Part shown: positions 1 to 12,703 of the stretch, piece after piece | How the letters are laid out: every line of letters begins with the position of its first letter | Position numbering within the stretch: the first letter of the stretch is position 1 | Source: Spizellomyces punctatus DAOM BR117 | Lineage: Eukaryota | Assembly (NCBI GenBank): GCA_000182565.2 | Contig: KQ257450.1 | DNA length: 64,000 nt | Strand: one strand, 5' to 3' | The notes under the pieces: generated by a model | Told to the model about the DNA's origin: nothing | Seen by the model: the letters and a program-made list of their open reading frames with translations, nothing else | Databases searched by the model: none | Translations under genes and position numbers: made by a program

Positions 1-533
1 CGCGTCTCGCCCTTCAACTCAGTCCCGCGGGCCCTTTTTGACATCTCCTTCTGCTGCTACTAGCTGCTATTGCTAATGCTATCGCATTGTGTGTTGCTCG
101 TAAATATGCATGTTTATTCATAACTTTTGCAAAGCACATCTTCCAAAGCAATAATAAATGCATCTTTAACGATGCGATGCGTTTGTCAAAACGACATGAG
201 ACCATGTCCAAATCGGGTTAAATGACGCATTAGCTCACGCAACACGCGTTCGAACAGCGACGTTCATCGCGCGGTTGTCCTTCTGGCGTCGAATGAGCTC
301 TCCTGGACGGCTCGTTTGGATGGAACTGTTTTTTTTTCTTTCTTGTCGGGCTTTCAGTGTGTAAAGAGTGCTCAAGATTTGGGATACAAATCGAGTCACT
401 GTTACAAGCTGGTTTTTAGGAGCATTTTAAATAGCGACCGTTCAATCCGCTTCGTTGTAGAGTTGTTTGTTTTCTTTGTCCCGCTCCCTTTTCAATCCAA
501 TTCCCCCCCATTGTGGAAAACGACGACGACAAG

Positions 534-2401
534 ATGGCCCTCGTCAGCGTTCTAAATCGCACAATGCTGGACCTGACGGACTTGACAGGCTTGCCCCAGG
601 ATAAGCTCTACATGTACGGCGGCCTCTTTGTGTTCATGTTTGTTTTGTTGCTTGTGAACCGCCAGGTAAGGACGCTCTTGTCAGTCTCCCGCAACGCAGC
701 AATCATGCTGAAATCATTGCCCACCTTTGATTGTAGTCTGACGGAGTCGCTGCCAAGAAGAACCTGCCCCCAGCGGTTCCTCACACTGTTCCCCTCCTGG
801 GCAACGCCGTACCCTACGGAATGGCCCCTGTGGAGTTTCTCCAAGACTGCATGAAAAAGGTATGCAGACGAGACAAGGCGGAATCTATGGTGTCCTCTTG
901 ACACGTGGACATGAATAATCATTAACTATCCCTAATTGACAGTATGGCGACTGCTTCACCTTTATCATGATGGGCCGCAAGATGACGTTCTGCCTCGGCC
1001 CAGACGGAAACCACTTTGTGTTCAACGTTAAGCTCGCCAACGCCATCGCTGAAGGCGCATATGATAAATTGACTGTCCCAGTATTTGGTACAGAGGTCGT
1101 ATATGATGTCCAGAATGCTGTCTTTATGGAGCAGAAAAAGTAAGTAGGTCCACTTGTAACGGCATGCCCAATGATGCAGCCAGCTCACTGATTTAACAAA
1201 ACCAGGTTCGTAAAGGATGCCCTTACCACAACTGCTTTCAAATCCTACGTCCCAATCCTCACTCAAGAGGCAACTGATTTCTTCCGCGAATGGGCTGACG
1301 AAGGCTCACGCTTCGATCTCTTCCCCCAAATGTCGGAATTGACCATCCGTACTGCTTCTCACTGCCTTATGGGCAAAGAAATCCGGGAGCAGCTCCACTC
1401 TAACGTTGCCAAGCTCTACCACGACCTTGATCAAGGTTTCCAACCTATCAACGTTTTCTTCAAGTGGCTGCCGCTCCCTGCCTACTTTGCCCGTGACAAG
1501 GCCCACAAAATCATGACGGATACTTTCTTGAAAATTCTTGAAAACCGAAGGGCAAAGAGTGACTTTGATAACAAGGATGTTCTGCAGAGTTTGATGGATT
1601 CAGAGTACCGGGATGGTTCAAAGATGTCGGATCAAGCAATTGCACACATGATGATTGCTGCGCTAATGGCTGGCCAGCACACGAGTTCCACGACGGTTTC
1701 CTGGGTCATATTTGAACTAGCAAACAACCCCCACGTGATGTATGTATATCGCAAGATGTTTACCTGCTACAGATAGGACCGCCGTGCTAACAACTTCATC
1801 TAGTGTGGACCTACTCAAAGAACAGGCCGAAGTCCTCACCGGGGACGCTACCACACCACCACACCAACTCCCTGCCCTCAGTTATGATGCCTTGCGCAAC
1901 CTCCCCCTTTTGGAAGCTGTGCTAAAGGAAACCCTCCGACTTCACCCACCAATCCACACCGTCATGCGTCTCGTTGTCAAGGACATTGAATACAAGGGCT
2001 ACACCATCCCCGCAGGCCACTTCCTCTGCGGGTCCCAAGCCGTTTCCCAAATGGACCCAGTCCGATTCCCTAACCCTAAGAAATTCGATCCCACCCGCTT
2101 CCTCAACTCTGATGAAGGAAACGGAGAATGGACCATCAATGGTGTTGATATTGCCCAGAAAAGCGCTAGATCAAATTTCTTGCCTTTTGGTGCTGGACGG
2201 CATAGATGCATTGGCGAGGCCTTTGCCTACGTTCAGATCAAGACTATCATTGCCCTCTTTTTGAGAGAGTTTGAGGTTGATCTGATGCGAGACGCAAAAG
2301 GAGAACGGATTTTCCCTGCAATGGATTACACGTCATTGATTGTCATGCCCAAGAAACCAGCCTACATTCAATACAAGAGGAGAAAGGAGTTTAGAAAGTA
2401 A
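534..2401 (+). CDS. CYP51: Sterol 14-alpha-demethylase (cytochrome P450 CYP51), multi-exon
   Basis: N-terminal TM anchor; AYDKLTVPVFGTEVVYDV (SRS1); I-helix LMAGQHTSS; ETLRLHPP; heme motif FGAGRHRCIG; short GT-AG introns join the ORF pieces. Confidence 0.96.
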
Positions 2402-3739
2402 GATGTACAGGGAAAGAATTCGGATACATAATATAATTTTGTTGTTTCAATAAAGAAGAACGTTTGCCCATTCGGCTCATCATGCCGCTGCCGGCTTGTC
2501 ATCATTAACTTGTCCTCAGTCTGACCGGGCACAGCCCATAGTGAAAAGCGGCAACATTTCCGTAATGGAAAACCCCTTTGGCTGCAGGACCAAAAAGGTT
2601 GCCAGCTGGTTGACATCTGGGATTAAAAATTTGCTCTCTTAATTAAAGCCAAGCTGCAGTCGATAACTTTTTAGAATTTATCAAGATGCGATATGTATGA
2701 CGGAGGAGACCTTTAATTAGCTACCTCGTATGGATCGGCACCGAATAAAGACATTGCTGCCTAGCACCATCCAACTAATTATAGTTAGGCCGTTGGGGTA
2801 TTCAACAGTTCCAAAAGTCCTTTCTTAGAGGCAAGCGTTTTGACGCAACTAGGGACTTTGACCCATCCCCAGAATACATCGAGTGTCCAAGGTTCTGCAT
2901 CTGCTTGCACATTGCGATTCCACGTTTCGCACACTCGATCGGCGCGGGAAAGGGGGAGACACATAACTAGAACATTAAATTGGGAACGTTTATTCACCGT
3001 AGCTCACGAAGCTAGTTTATTTGAGCATCAAGAGCATTGTTTTGAATAAGGGCTCCTTAACATGGTAAACCAGTTTCATGCAGGAGGATCGTCGGGGATA
3101 TGACAGCGAGCCAGTTGAACGAAAACCGAGGAAAATGTGCCGTCATGGTGAATATTCATAGTGGAATTGCAGAGAACTTTAGCATATTTATACCAGATGA
3201 CTGCCAACATAGGTATTATTTTCGGACTCAGGATAATCTATGCGCTAGCAAAAGCATCTTTGCATAATTTGAATGGACTATCACTCAACATCTCCTGAGG
3301 ACTCATCCAAAATCACATCCTACACACTCCTTCACCTCTCTGTCCTCCAATCATAATCCGAACCTGCTGCCCTCATCTACATGATCTACTTCTTCGTCAA
3401 ACATTACATTTGACCAGATATTGAGCTGGATATCTACAGCGATCAGCAAAAATGTTTCCCTGGATCTACCGCGGACCGGTTACTAAAAATAACATGCATG
3501 AAGATTCCTGGAGAACGCAGCTTCCGGGCAATAATGGATTGGGTAATCTGTGGCCAAGCAGTCTTGGAACTAGAGTGCAACAACCATTCCAGCTCCAGTT
3601 CCGTTATTTTCTTGTCTTGCGGGTTTGCAGGGGCGGGTTGTTCATTCATTTTGATCAGCGACGATCTGTCGAAAGACGGTGACAATTCAACGGATACCAC
3701 GGAAACCAACCCCGCCTCCGAAACTGACTAGTTGTCAAT

Positions 3740-6700
3740 ATGTCACATCTTTCGTTAAAAATTACCGTGGTGGGCATGGGGCTCACTAAAACCTTGCAGG
3801 TTTGTTCGCAATGGAAAAAGAAAATGCTCAAGATGATTTCTAACTCGTTATCCACCTATCAGTTCTCGGGTGATATGTCTGTACACGAAGTATGCCGAGA
3901 AATCCGTGAAAAGTTTGGTGAAGGTGCGGGCGGGTCAGATCACGGTCTTTTATGGCCTGACCAAGGGAAATGGCTGCAGGCTTCAAAGATCCTCGACTTT
4001 TACGATCTCAATTCGGGAGATGCCCTGGAATATCGCAAAAAGCACCGTGCACTGAAAGTGAAGACCATGGACGACAGTGTAAAGACTGTCATCATAGATG
4101 AAAGTTTGCCAGTTCAACAACTGGTGGAAATCATTTGCGAGAAGATTGGAATTCAGAATCCCGAAGAGTATTCTATTCTACCAGAAGTGGCCCCAGTGGA
4201 GGCAGGAACCAAGGAAGGAGGAAAGGACGCTGGGAAATCTGCTCCAACAAAGATTAAAGGAGGACGGGAAATGCTTGCTGGCGATCAATCAAAATGGCTA
4301 CATCCCGATAAAACAATACGGGAACAAGGATTGACAGACGAGGACACTGTTCTCCTAAAGAAGAAATTCTTTTTCACAGACCAGAATATTGACCGCAACG
4401 ATCCTGTACAGTTAAATCTACTCTACAATCAAGCACGAGAGATGATCGTCTCTGGAAAGCATCCCTGCACTGCTGAGGAAGCTTGCCAATTTGGTGCGAT
4501 TCAAATGCAGGTTCAGCACGGCAATCACGAACCAGATAAGCATAAACCGGGCTTTATAAAGTGTGTATACTACCTGCATCATCAGTTCGTTTACGCTGCT
4601 GAAACAATACCTACAGAGTGAGAGACTTTGTGCCGCCCGAGTATCAAAAGAACAAGGACGTTGAGAAGCGAATATATGTTGAACATAGCAAACTTCAGGG
4701 ATTGGGCGAGCTGAATGCAAAGTTCCGCTATGTGCAATTGTCTCGGTCGCTAAAGACATATGGCATCACCTTCTTTTTGGTGGAGGTAAGCTGTTGCTTG
4801 GAATCCACTCGTGCTAGTGTGCAGTTCTGAATGAGCTCTTAGGACGAAACAGCAAAAAAGAAGAAGAATGCACAAATGCTTTTAGGAGTTACCAAACAAA
4901 GTGTAGTCAAGCTTGACCCAATCACAAAGGAAATCGTACGAGAATGGCGTTTGACACAGCTTCGAAGATGGGCTGCGTCACCAAATAGGTATTGTCCGTC
5001 TTTACTGGCATTTGGCATAATCTACAGAATTGTTGTGTTAATCCTACCGTCTTTTGGAGAAAGCTTCACCATGGATTTTGGGGACTATGCAGATGCGTAT
5101 TTTTCTGTGAAAACCACAGAAGGCGAACAGATTTCCCAGTTGATTGCTGGTTATATTGATATCATCATCAAGAAGCGTAAGGAGGCAGAAAAAGTCGTGG
5201 AGATTGATGAAGAAGAGCAAGCTACTATGGAAGAGTTTGTTACACCGAGCAGAGCAACAAATGTGGGAGTTGTTTCCTCCGGTGCGCGAACGGCTGTCGA
5301 AACGAAACTCTCTGTACCGGCGATGACCGCTGATGGAATGAGGCCGGGATGGGGCCGATCTGGTACGAATGTTTATACGGCGCAATATGGCGGTACGGCT
5401 GGAGGATTTGTCCCACAAATGGCAGAAATTACTGGTGCGCAACAGACGCTTATGCAGAGTATCAGTAACGGATTTGCGATGGTCAACAATGCTGCAGCTG
5501 ATATGATGGTGGCAGCGAACCTGCCGCCACTTGGTAACGACGCTGCAGCCATTCAATGGAAGCAGCATACAGTGGACGTTAATGCCGAGGCGGTTGCATC
5601 GCAAATAACATCAAACTTGGCGGCTGCAGGGTCTCTCATCAATACCGCTACCGGCTACGTGGAAGAGATGGACTATGAAGCCATTGGTGCCAACATTTCC
5701 ACCATGACAGCTAATTTGAGTCAGTTGGCACAGGGAATTAAGCTGTTGGCCGGATTGCAAGAGTCCATGGAAGATCAAGAGCGTCTTTTGGCCGCTGGGC
5801 GAGGGCTAGCAAAGGCTTCAGCCAAGCTTCTTGAAGCTGCTCAACCTATTTGCATGGGTCAGACAAATAGGGATGACTTTTTTGTCTGCTCAAAGGCTGT
5901 TGCCGCAGCGTCTGCGGAGCTGCTCGGTCTAATGGGTCGATTGGATATTAGCGAAGACGGACAAAATGAACTGATAGACGCCGCAAAACACGTTTCGAAA
6001 GCAGCTATGGATCTAGTATCTTCCGCTCGCCCGCTGGCTGCTGCTGTAAAGGATTCTACTGCCCAACAAGTTATAATCGCAGAAGCCAAACGAATAGGGG
6101 AGGCCGCGCCTGCTCTAATGGCGTGTACATCCACTGTCTGTCCAGCAATTACCAATGCCCAATGTTTTGACCAATTGGTCGAGTCGGCAATGTTGATGCG
6201 AGATGGGATTGAGCAGCTTGTGGAGTTATCAGATGCCTCCTCAAACCCGAAACTTCAAACTCAACTTAAGGAACATGCTCAGAAAGTTGAAGAACTTATT
6301 GCGAAACTGATTGAAAAGGCCAAAAAGGGAGGAGATAACTTTGTTAGCGACCCGATTGACATGCAGTACGATTCTGTTATCACCTCCATTGACCAAATGA
6401 TGGAAAGCATGGATTCCGTTGATGGAATTGTAAACGGAGCCAGGGACCTCACTCTCATTTCTATGCAGTACGTCAATATGTTAAAAGGGCTTGGCTTGGA
6501 CCTCAACGATTTCGATGAGAGAAATCGTCTGTTGAATGCTGCGCGAACATTGGGCGATGTAACGTCGAAAATGGTGGCAGCTGCCAAAGATGCTGCTAGA
6601 AATATCAACGACCCAACCAGTCGAGGTCGATTAGAAGAATCTATACTAGCATTGCGCGAGGCAACAAACACCGCTGCTGGACCACAGCTTCGCGGAAAGG

Positions 6701-9700
6701 CGTTCCAAAAACTCATCAAGGCGGCAAAGGACACTGTTGCATCTTCCAACCAGTTGATATCTGTTTCCCGAACGGTAGCTCAATCAAACCGCAACCAGGC
6801 TTCGCAACTACAGCTTAATCAAGCTGCAAAGAGAGTCACGGAAATGATTCCGGCTTTAGCCTCTGCACTGAAAACGAGCGCAAATGAACCAGAGAACCTC
6901 GTGGCACAAATGAAGCTTATTGAAGCCGCAAAGAAATTCATTACACCTGGTAACTCTCTCGTTGCAAGTGCAAAGGTCGCTGCTCCAACCACCGCCGACA
7001 CAGCTGCTCAGGGCAGTTTACTATCCAGTGTAAAGCAATGTGCAGATGACATACGCGACTTGGAAAAGGCATTCGCATTAGCTGAAGAAGCTAGTGCAGG
7101 TCTCGAACTGGAGAGTGCATTATATTCGTTGAAGGCTTATCATGACGAGCTCATGGCAGCATCTTCAAACCCTGATGCATTGGTCCCTCTTGATGGATAC
7201 TCTGTAGAAACTTCGCAGATGGAACTTCTGGGAGCGGTCAAATCGTTGCAGCATACGATAACCCAAGTGCTCGGTGCAGTTCAACAAGGGAACGAGAAAA
7301 TTACTGGAACAGCTGCCACGGATGCCGTTGCAGCACTGCAAGCTCTGTCTTTCGCCGCTCTAGCATTAAGTGCTGCTGAATCGGATCTTGTACTCCGCCG
7401 AGATCTGTTGGGGGCGGCAAACGGGGTGGCCAATTCATTGTCTAGTCTTTTGACAAGAACCAAAGACGCTCTAGAAGATCCCACCACGCGAAGCGAATTT
7501 GAGGCGCTGGCCGCGCAAACGTCTAACGCAATAGGAAGTCTTACTGGTTACCTCCCAGGGCAGAAGGAATTGGATAAAACTATTTCCGGCATTCGTGACC
7601 GTCTTGCGGCTATTAATAACCAAGGTTTATCGACGGGCGTACCTGCGGGTGGTTCATTTCAAACCGCGCAAACGAAGCTACAGACTGCGGCTACCGGTCT
7701 AAGTGTTGCTGCCAATGCGTTGGTCTCGGCATCAAGAGGATCACCAATTGAGCTACAGCAAAATGCAACTGCATTTATGGTCGCTTTCAATAAGCTGGGT
7801 GACGCATCTGGTACTTACGCAGCGGCAACTCAAGATCAGGCGGTTGCGGGACGACTGCTGCAATTATTGCATGATTTAGGAGGGTCGTGCGAAAGAATGC
7901 TTGGCTTCACCAAATCTTCGGCGGCGGATCCAAGCAATTCCATCCTTCGTAATCAACTGATGAATGCGACAAAAGGTGTGGGAGATTCTATCAATCAGCT
8001 GCTGGAAGTCTGCTCTGCTGCGGCGCCTGGTCATAAAGAATGCAATAATGCACTTCAAGCGCTAAATGTTGCTCTGTCGAAATTGGATGCAGTCAATGAT
8101 GCAACAGTAAACCAAGACACGTATAGCGAGACCGTCGGAAAGTCCTCAGCCGGCTCTAAGACACTGGCCACAGCGTTGAATTCATTAGCTGCCGACGTCC
8201 GATCTGGAAATGTCACCAAAGTTGCATCTGATGCCATAGAGGTGGCAAACGCTATCTTGACTATTACTGACGGGAACGTCCGCGCTGCATATTTGGTCGG
8301 CACGGCGGACGAATCCTCCATCGCTGCAATTCCCCCCGTGGTCGATCAAAATGTCTTCTCTCAAGCAGGCAGTGACATCAAAGAGGCATGCAGAAAACTT
8401 GTTGACAGGAACAATACTCAACAGCAGATACTAGAAACTGCTGGATTGATTGCAAAACAAACCGGTAAACTGTGCGCGGAGTGCAAGACAGCTGGGGAAA
8501 ACTCTGGTGTCACATCTACAGCGAAACATCACTTTCTGCACGCTGCGAAGGACTTGGCGGCCAAGACTTCCGCGCTAGTAGCTGCAATTAAACAGCTTGC
8601 GCTGAACCCTAGTGAGGACGCGCGCACTGAATGTGAGGACACTGCTCAGCCGCTTATCGACGCCGTTGATCGTCTTGTCGCTTTCGCAATGTCCCCAGAG
8701 TTTTCGGGGACAGAAGCAAAGGTTGGAACCGCCGCAGCAGCGGCCCAGAGGCCTATTCTTGATGGCACGCAATCTTTGATTACATGCGCTCAGGACCTGG
8801 TGGGCACGATAAAGCTAATATGCAGCAACCCGAAAGATCAAGCATCACAACAATTGTTGCAGGCACAAAGCCGCGACCTTACTGAATCAACTCAGAGCGC
8901 CCTACAGACAGTCACAAGTGCAGCTCCTGGTCAGCGAGAATGCGAAGGGGCTCTTCAAAAGCTCTCCGAATCTGTCGCAGCTGTTGATTCCGCGATCGTT
9001 GAGGCGACAGTCAACAATCTCGCGCCTCATCAAGGAACCATTTCCACGTCTGCCTTGGTAGACAACGTGCGGGCTCTTGCCAGCTTAGGTGACGTCGTCG
9101 CCAAAGCTGCCAAGGAGGATGCTGCAAGACTAGGCGCATCAGTGGGTGAGATGCCAGCTTCCTATGCAAGAGTAAGTGTCATTTCATCAAAGTTTCTTTG
9201 CTCCAGGCTAATGCGTGCATTTCCAGGCGGCAACGGCAGCGGTTGCTCTAGCTTCAAATATGATGGATATTCAGGAACAGATGAAGCTACTGGAGCAAGT
9301 AAAAGCTCTGGGAGATGCCATGAATGCCTTTGTCTACGCTGCAAAGAACAATGGTGGAAATGCGAAAAATGCGGCGGGCGTTCAAAAGGTGGATGAAGAG
9401 AAAGCCAAATTCCGCGCCGTAGTCACAAAATTGGTGACTACATTAGAAGGGTCCCGCGATGAATCTGGTGAATTCACAAAAGCGTTCGAGCAAATTGAGG
9501 AAGTCGTAGCCACGCTCGAATCGCGAATACCGGAAACCGTGAAGCAGGCCTATAATCTCTTTGAAGAAGAGCTAGAAGGTGTGGGTAAGCAGATTGTGGG
9601 AGCAGTCGGTGATGTGATATCGAAAGCAAAAACCCCCGATCAATTCCGCAAAGCAGCAACCCAAATAGCAGCTTTGTATGAGGATATCTGTACAAAAGGT

Positions 9701-11692
9701 GGAGGTGCGATACGAGCTACCAATGATGCCAAAGTGAAGCAAGGAATACAGGACTCACTACGAAGCTTGGGAGCATCCAAGATAAAACTAATCGAGTCCA
9801 TACGACACGCCAGCGGAAAAAGTGCGGCTGACAATGTGTCCAGATCAAAACTTAGTGCTTCTGCCCGTGAGGTGTCGGGCGCAGTCGCCAACTTGATGAC
9901 CGTAACCAAAGAAGGGTCAAAGGGTTTGCTGCAATGTAAAGCGGCTATCACGCACATCAACGATACCGTCGCAGAGCTCGATGGAACACTTATATTTGCG
10001 CAAGCCGGACAATTGGATCCAGTTGATACCAAAGAAAATTTCGCGCGGCATAAGGACAGTCTACTCGGAGCAGCTCGAGCGCTCACTGAGCAGGTTAAAG
10101 TGTTTATCTCCGCTGTCACCGGGACACAAGATGAGCTTGGCGCAGTCTCAACAGCAGCCATTGGTGCTTTGGACGTCCTCAAGAATGAAGCACGGCTAGC
10201 AGCAATCTCCATCACCTCTGCCGATAAGCACATGCAACAACAACTACTTGGCGCGGCCAAGAAAGTGTCAGAATGTCTCCAAGTTCTCATTTCCACAGCG
10301 ACCAACGCCTGTGGCCGATCGCCAGATGACCCACTTATGTCGCAATTTGCAGAGACGGTCAAGGCAGAGTTTCAGGCAATGGGAGAACTCATACGAGCTA
10401 CTAAGGTGCTCGGTGATGAAACGAAGCGAGGCACACGCGCCTTTGACGGAGCCATGGCGGAAATTGAACAAGCATTGGTTGTTCTCGAGTCGAGTGAACC
10501 TGCGCAAGGAACTGCTCTTCCCGATGAGGTTGCTGGATCCGCTAAATTGCTGGCCACAGCTGCCGCCTCCTTGGTATCTGCATCAACGGGCAAGCAGGAT
10601 GAGCTCGTTGCAGCTGCAAACGCCATAAAGAAACAGATGGAGGACCTTGTCCGGGCAGCTAAGGCGGCAACTGAAAAGGCCCCGCCAGAGCAAAAGTCTA
10701 ACATGGTTGATGCTGTCAAAAAGGCAGGAGCAGCAGTGAAAGGGCTGATAGGCGGAATCAAGCTCCAGCAAGAGAACAACACCCCTCAAAACAAAGCGAG
10801 TGTTCAAGGTGCCGCAAAAGAGGTTGCGCTTTCTGTCAATGCGGTTGTCAACGCCGCTGGAGCACTCATACCGGGCGGTTATGTCGATCCCAATGATCCC
10901 AACGTCATTGCCGAACGCGAACTTCTAGCTGCCGCTGCGTCCATTGAAGCCGCAGCTCGAAAGCTGGCGAATCTGGTTCCGGCTGAACGTCCAAGAAGTG
11001 CCAATGAAGATCTCAACTTTGAGGAGCAGATCCTCGATGCAACCAAATCAATTGCTGCTGCAACGGCCGCTCTGGTGCGTTCTGCCACTGGAGCTCAACG
11101 AGAAATTGTGGCACGAGGTAGGACAGGGCCAAAGGAAGAGTCGATGTATTTCTCTGATGGGACGTGGAGTGATGGATTAGTTAGTGCAGCGAAGATGGTA
11201 GCTGCCGCCACCGGTGATCTGTGCGAAGCTGCAAATCAGGCAGTGAAAGGCAAGATTGAAAGGGAAAGGGTTATTGTTGCAGCGAAGGCAGTTAGCGCAT
11301 CAACAGCCCAACTCTTAGCGGCAGCAACGGCACGAGCAGATCCCAATTCACAGGCCCAAATCCGCTTGCGGGCGGCGGGCAAAGCCGTGACTGGCGCAAC
11401 AGACAATTTGGTTAAGGCTGCAGAGGAGAACATGGCATTCGATGATGCAGATCAATTCTCATCAATAATGTCTGCGGCGGGCAAAGTTGGTGGGGCCATG
11501 CAAACAAGAGTGGCAGAGATGGAGGCTCAAGTTGCAATTTTGAAAATGGAGAAGGAGCTAGAAAGGGCTCGGCTGAAACTGGCATCAGTACGTAAAGGCA
11601 AGTACGATGCTGCGAAAAAGGACGCCCCTGCAGGAGATGCAGGAACCGCTGCGACGAAGTTGGCAGCGAGAAATAAAGCTCAGGCGCAATGA
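3740..11692 (+). CDS. TLN: Talin (FERM head, helical-bundle rod, C-terminal I/LWEQ actin-binding domain), roughly 2550 aa after removing 5 introns
   Basis: MSHLSLKI..KTLQ|FS N-terminus; KKKFFFTDQNIDRNDPVQLNLLY; YVQLSRSLKTYGITFF; EGEQISQLIAGYIDIIIKK; YVDPNDPNVIAERELLAAAASIEAAARKL; DGTWSDGLVSAAK; C-terminal dimerisation helix. Confidence 0.96.
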
Positions 11693-11936
11693 AGACAGTA
11701 CTATCTAGCTAGTTACCTTATACAAATAATGTTGAATATGGCAATACGCATCCGTTCAGATTATAATCAATTCTGACATCGTATCATGATGGATCCCAGA
11801 GACTTTGGTCTGCCTTGGCAATCACAATCCTTGGCTTCTTTACTGAACAAAAACCAACTCGCAAGTCCCACAGAGACTCAAGCACAAACACAACGTATGG
11901 AGCACCGCAAGCATGTATTAGAACAGGTTTCCACGC

Positions 11937-11967
11937 TTAGTCGAAGAGACCGAAGCCCATGTCATCA

Positions 11968-11999
<32 letters not shown>

Positions 12000-12338
12000 T
12001 TCCTTGGGCGCCTCAGCAGCACCTCCAGCAGCTGCGGCACCAGATGCACCAGCGGCAGCAGAAGCGCCACCTGCGGGGAGAGAGGACAGCTTCTTGGATC
12101 CCTCAGCGATCAACTAAACCCGACATCAATCAATCAGATCAACAAGCCTTGCAACGACTACTAAGATCCCACAACATACCTCGTTGATATCCTTGCCGTT
12201 GAGCTCAGCAAGGAGTTTGCTGATGCGTTCCTCCTCGGCCTCAACACCGACAGCACCAAGGATCTTCTTGATGTCGGCTGCGGAGGGGGTAGCATTACCA
12301 CCGAGGGTAGCGAGCAAGTAGGCTGCGAGGTGCTTCAT
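11937..12338 (-). CDS. RPP2: 60S acidic ribosomal protein P2, 1 intron
   Basis: [31 protein letters not shown]...; Ala-rich hinge; C-terminus [12 protein letters not shown]. Confidence 0.96.
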
Positions 12339-12703
12339 TTTTGAACTATGGCTATTCAAAAGCAATAAGAATAAGGGCATGTCCTGGAATTGTTGGCGCA
12401 CTTCCATTTTCGCGGGTAGTCCCACATTCTTCAATCCATCCTTTCATCCATCCTTTTATCCATCCATCCATCCCTTCGTCATAAACATAGATATCGCAAG
12501 ACCGATACTTACAATGAAAGGTCCTGACGTCAAACCCGTTTTTAACTCAAAGAGCGGCTTGAGTTCGCGAACCGTTGGTGTGTTGGAGGTACTGCCAACA
12601 ACGACAGCGACGGACTTGCAAGCAGCACGATCGTTCCTGCGCCACTACTATATCTCTATATATGGATACATTACCATTACATAAGCACTGAGTTGAAGCT
12701 AAG

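Noticed and set aside
2402-3739. Short ORFs or an ncRNA in the 1.3-kb CYP51-talin intergenic region
   Set aside because: No recognisable protein motif, riboswitch or snRNA signature; probably talin promoter and 5' UTR
5044-11433. Multiple antisense and alternate-frame ORFs (up to 240 aa) over talin
   Set aside because: Fully overlap the Ala-rich talin exons; typical shadow frames
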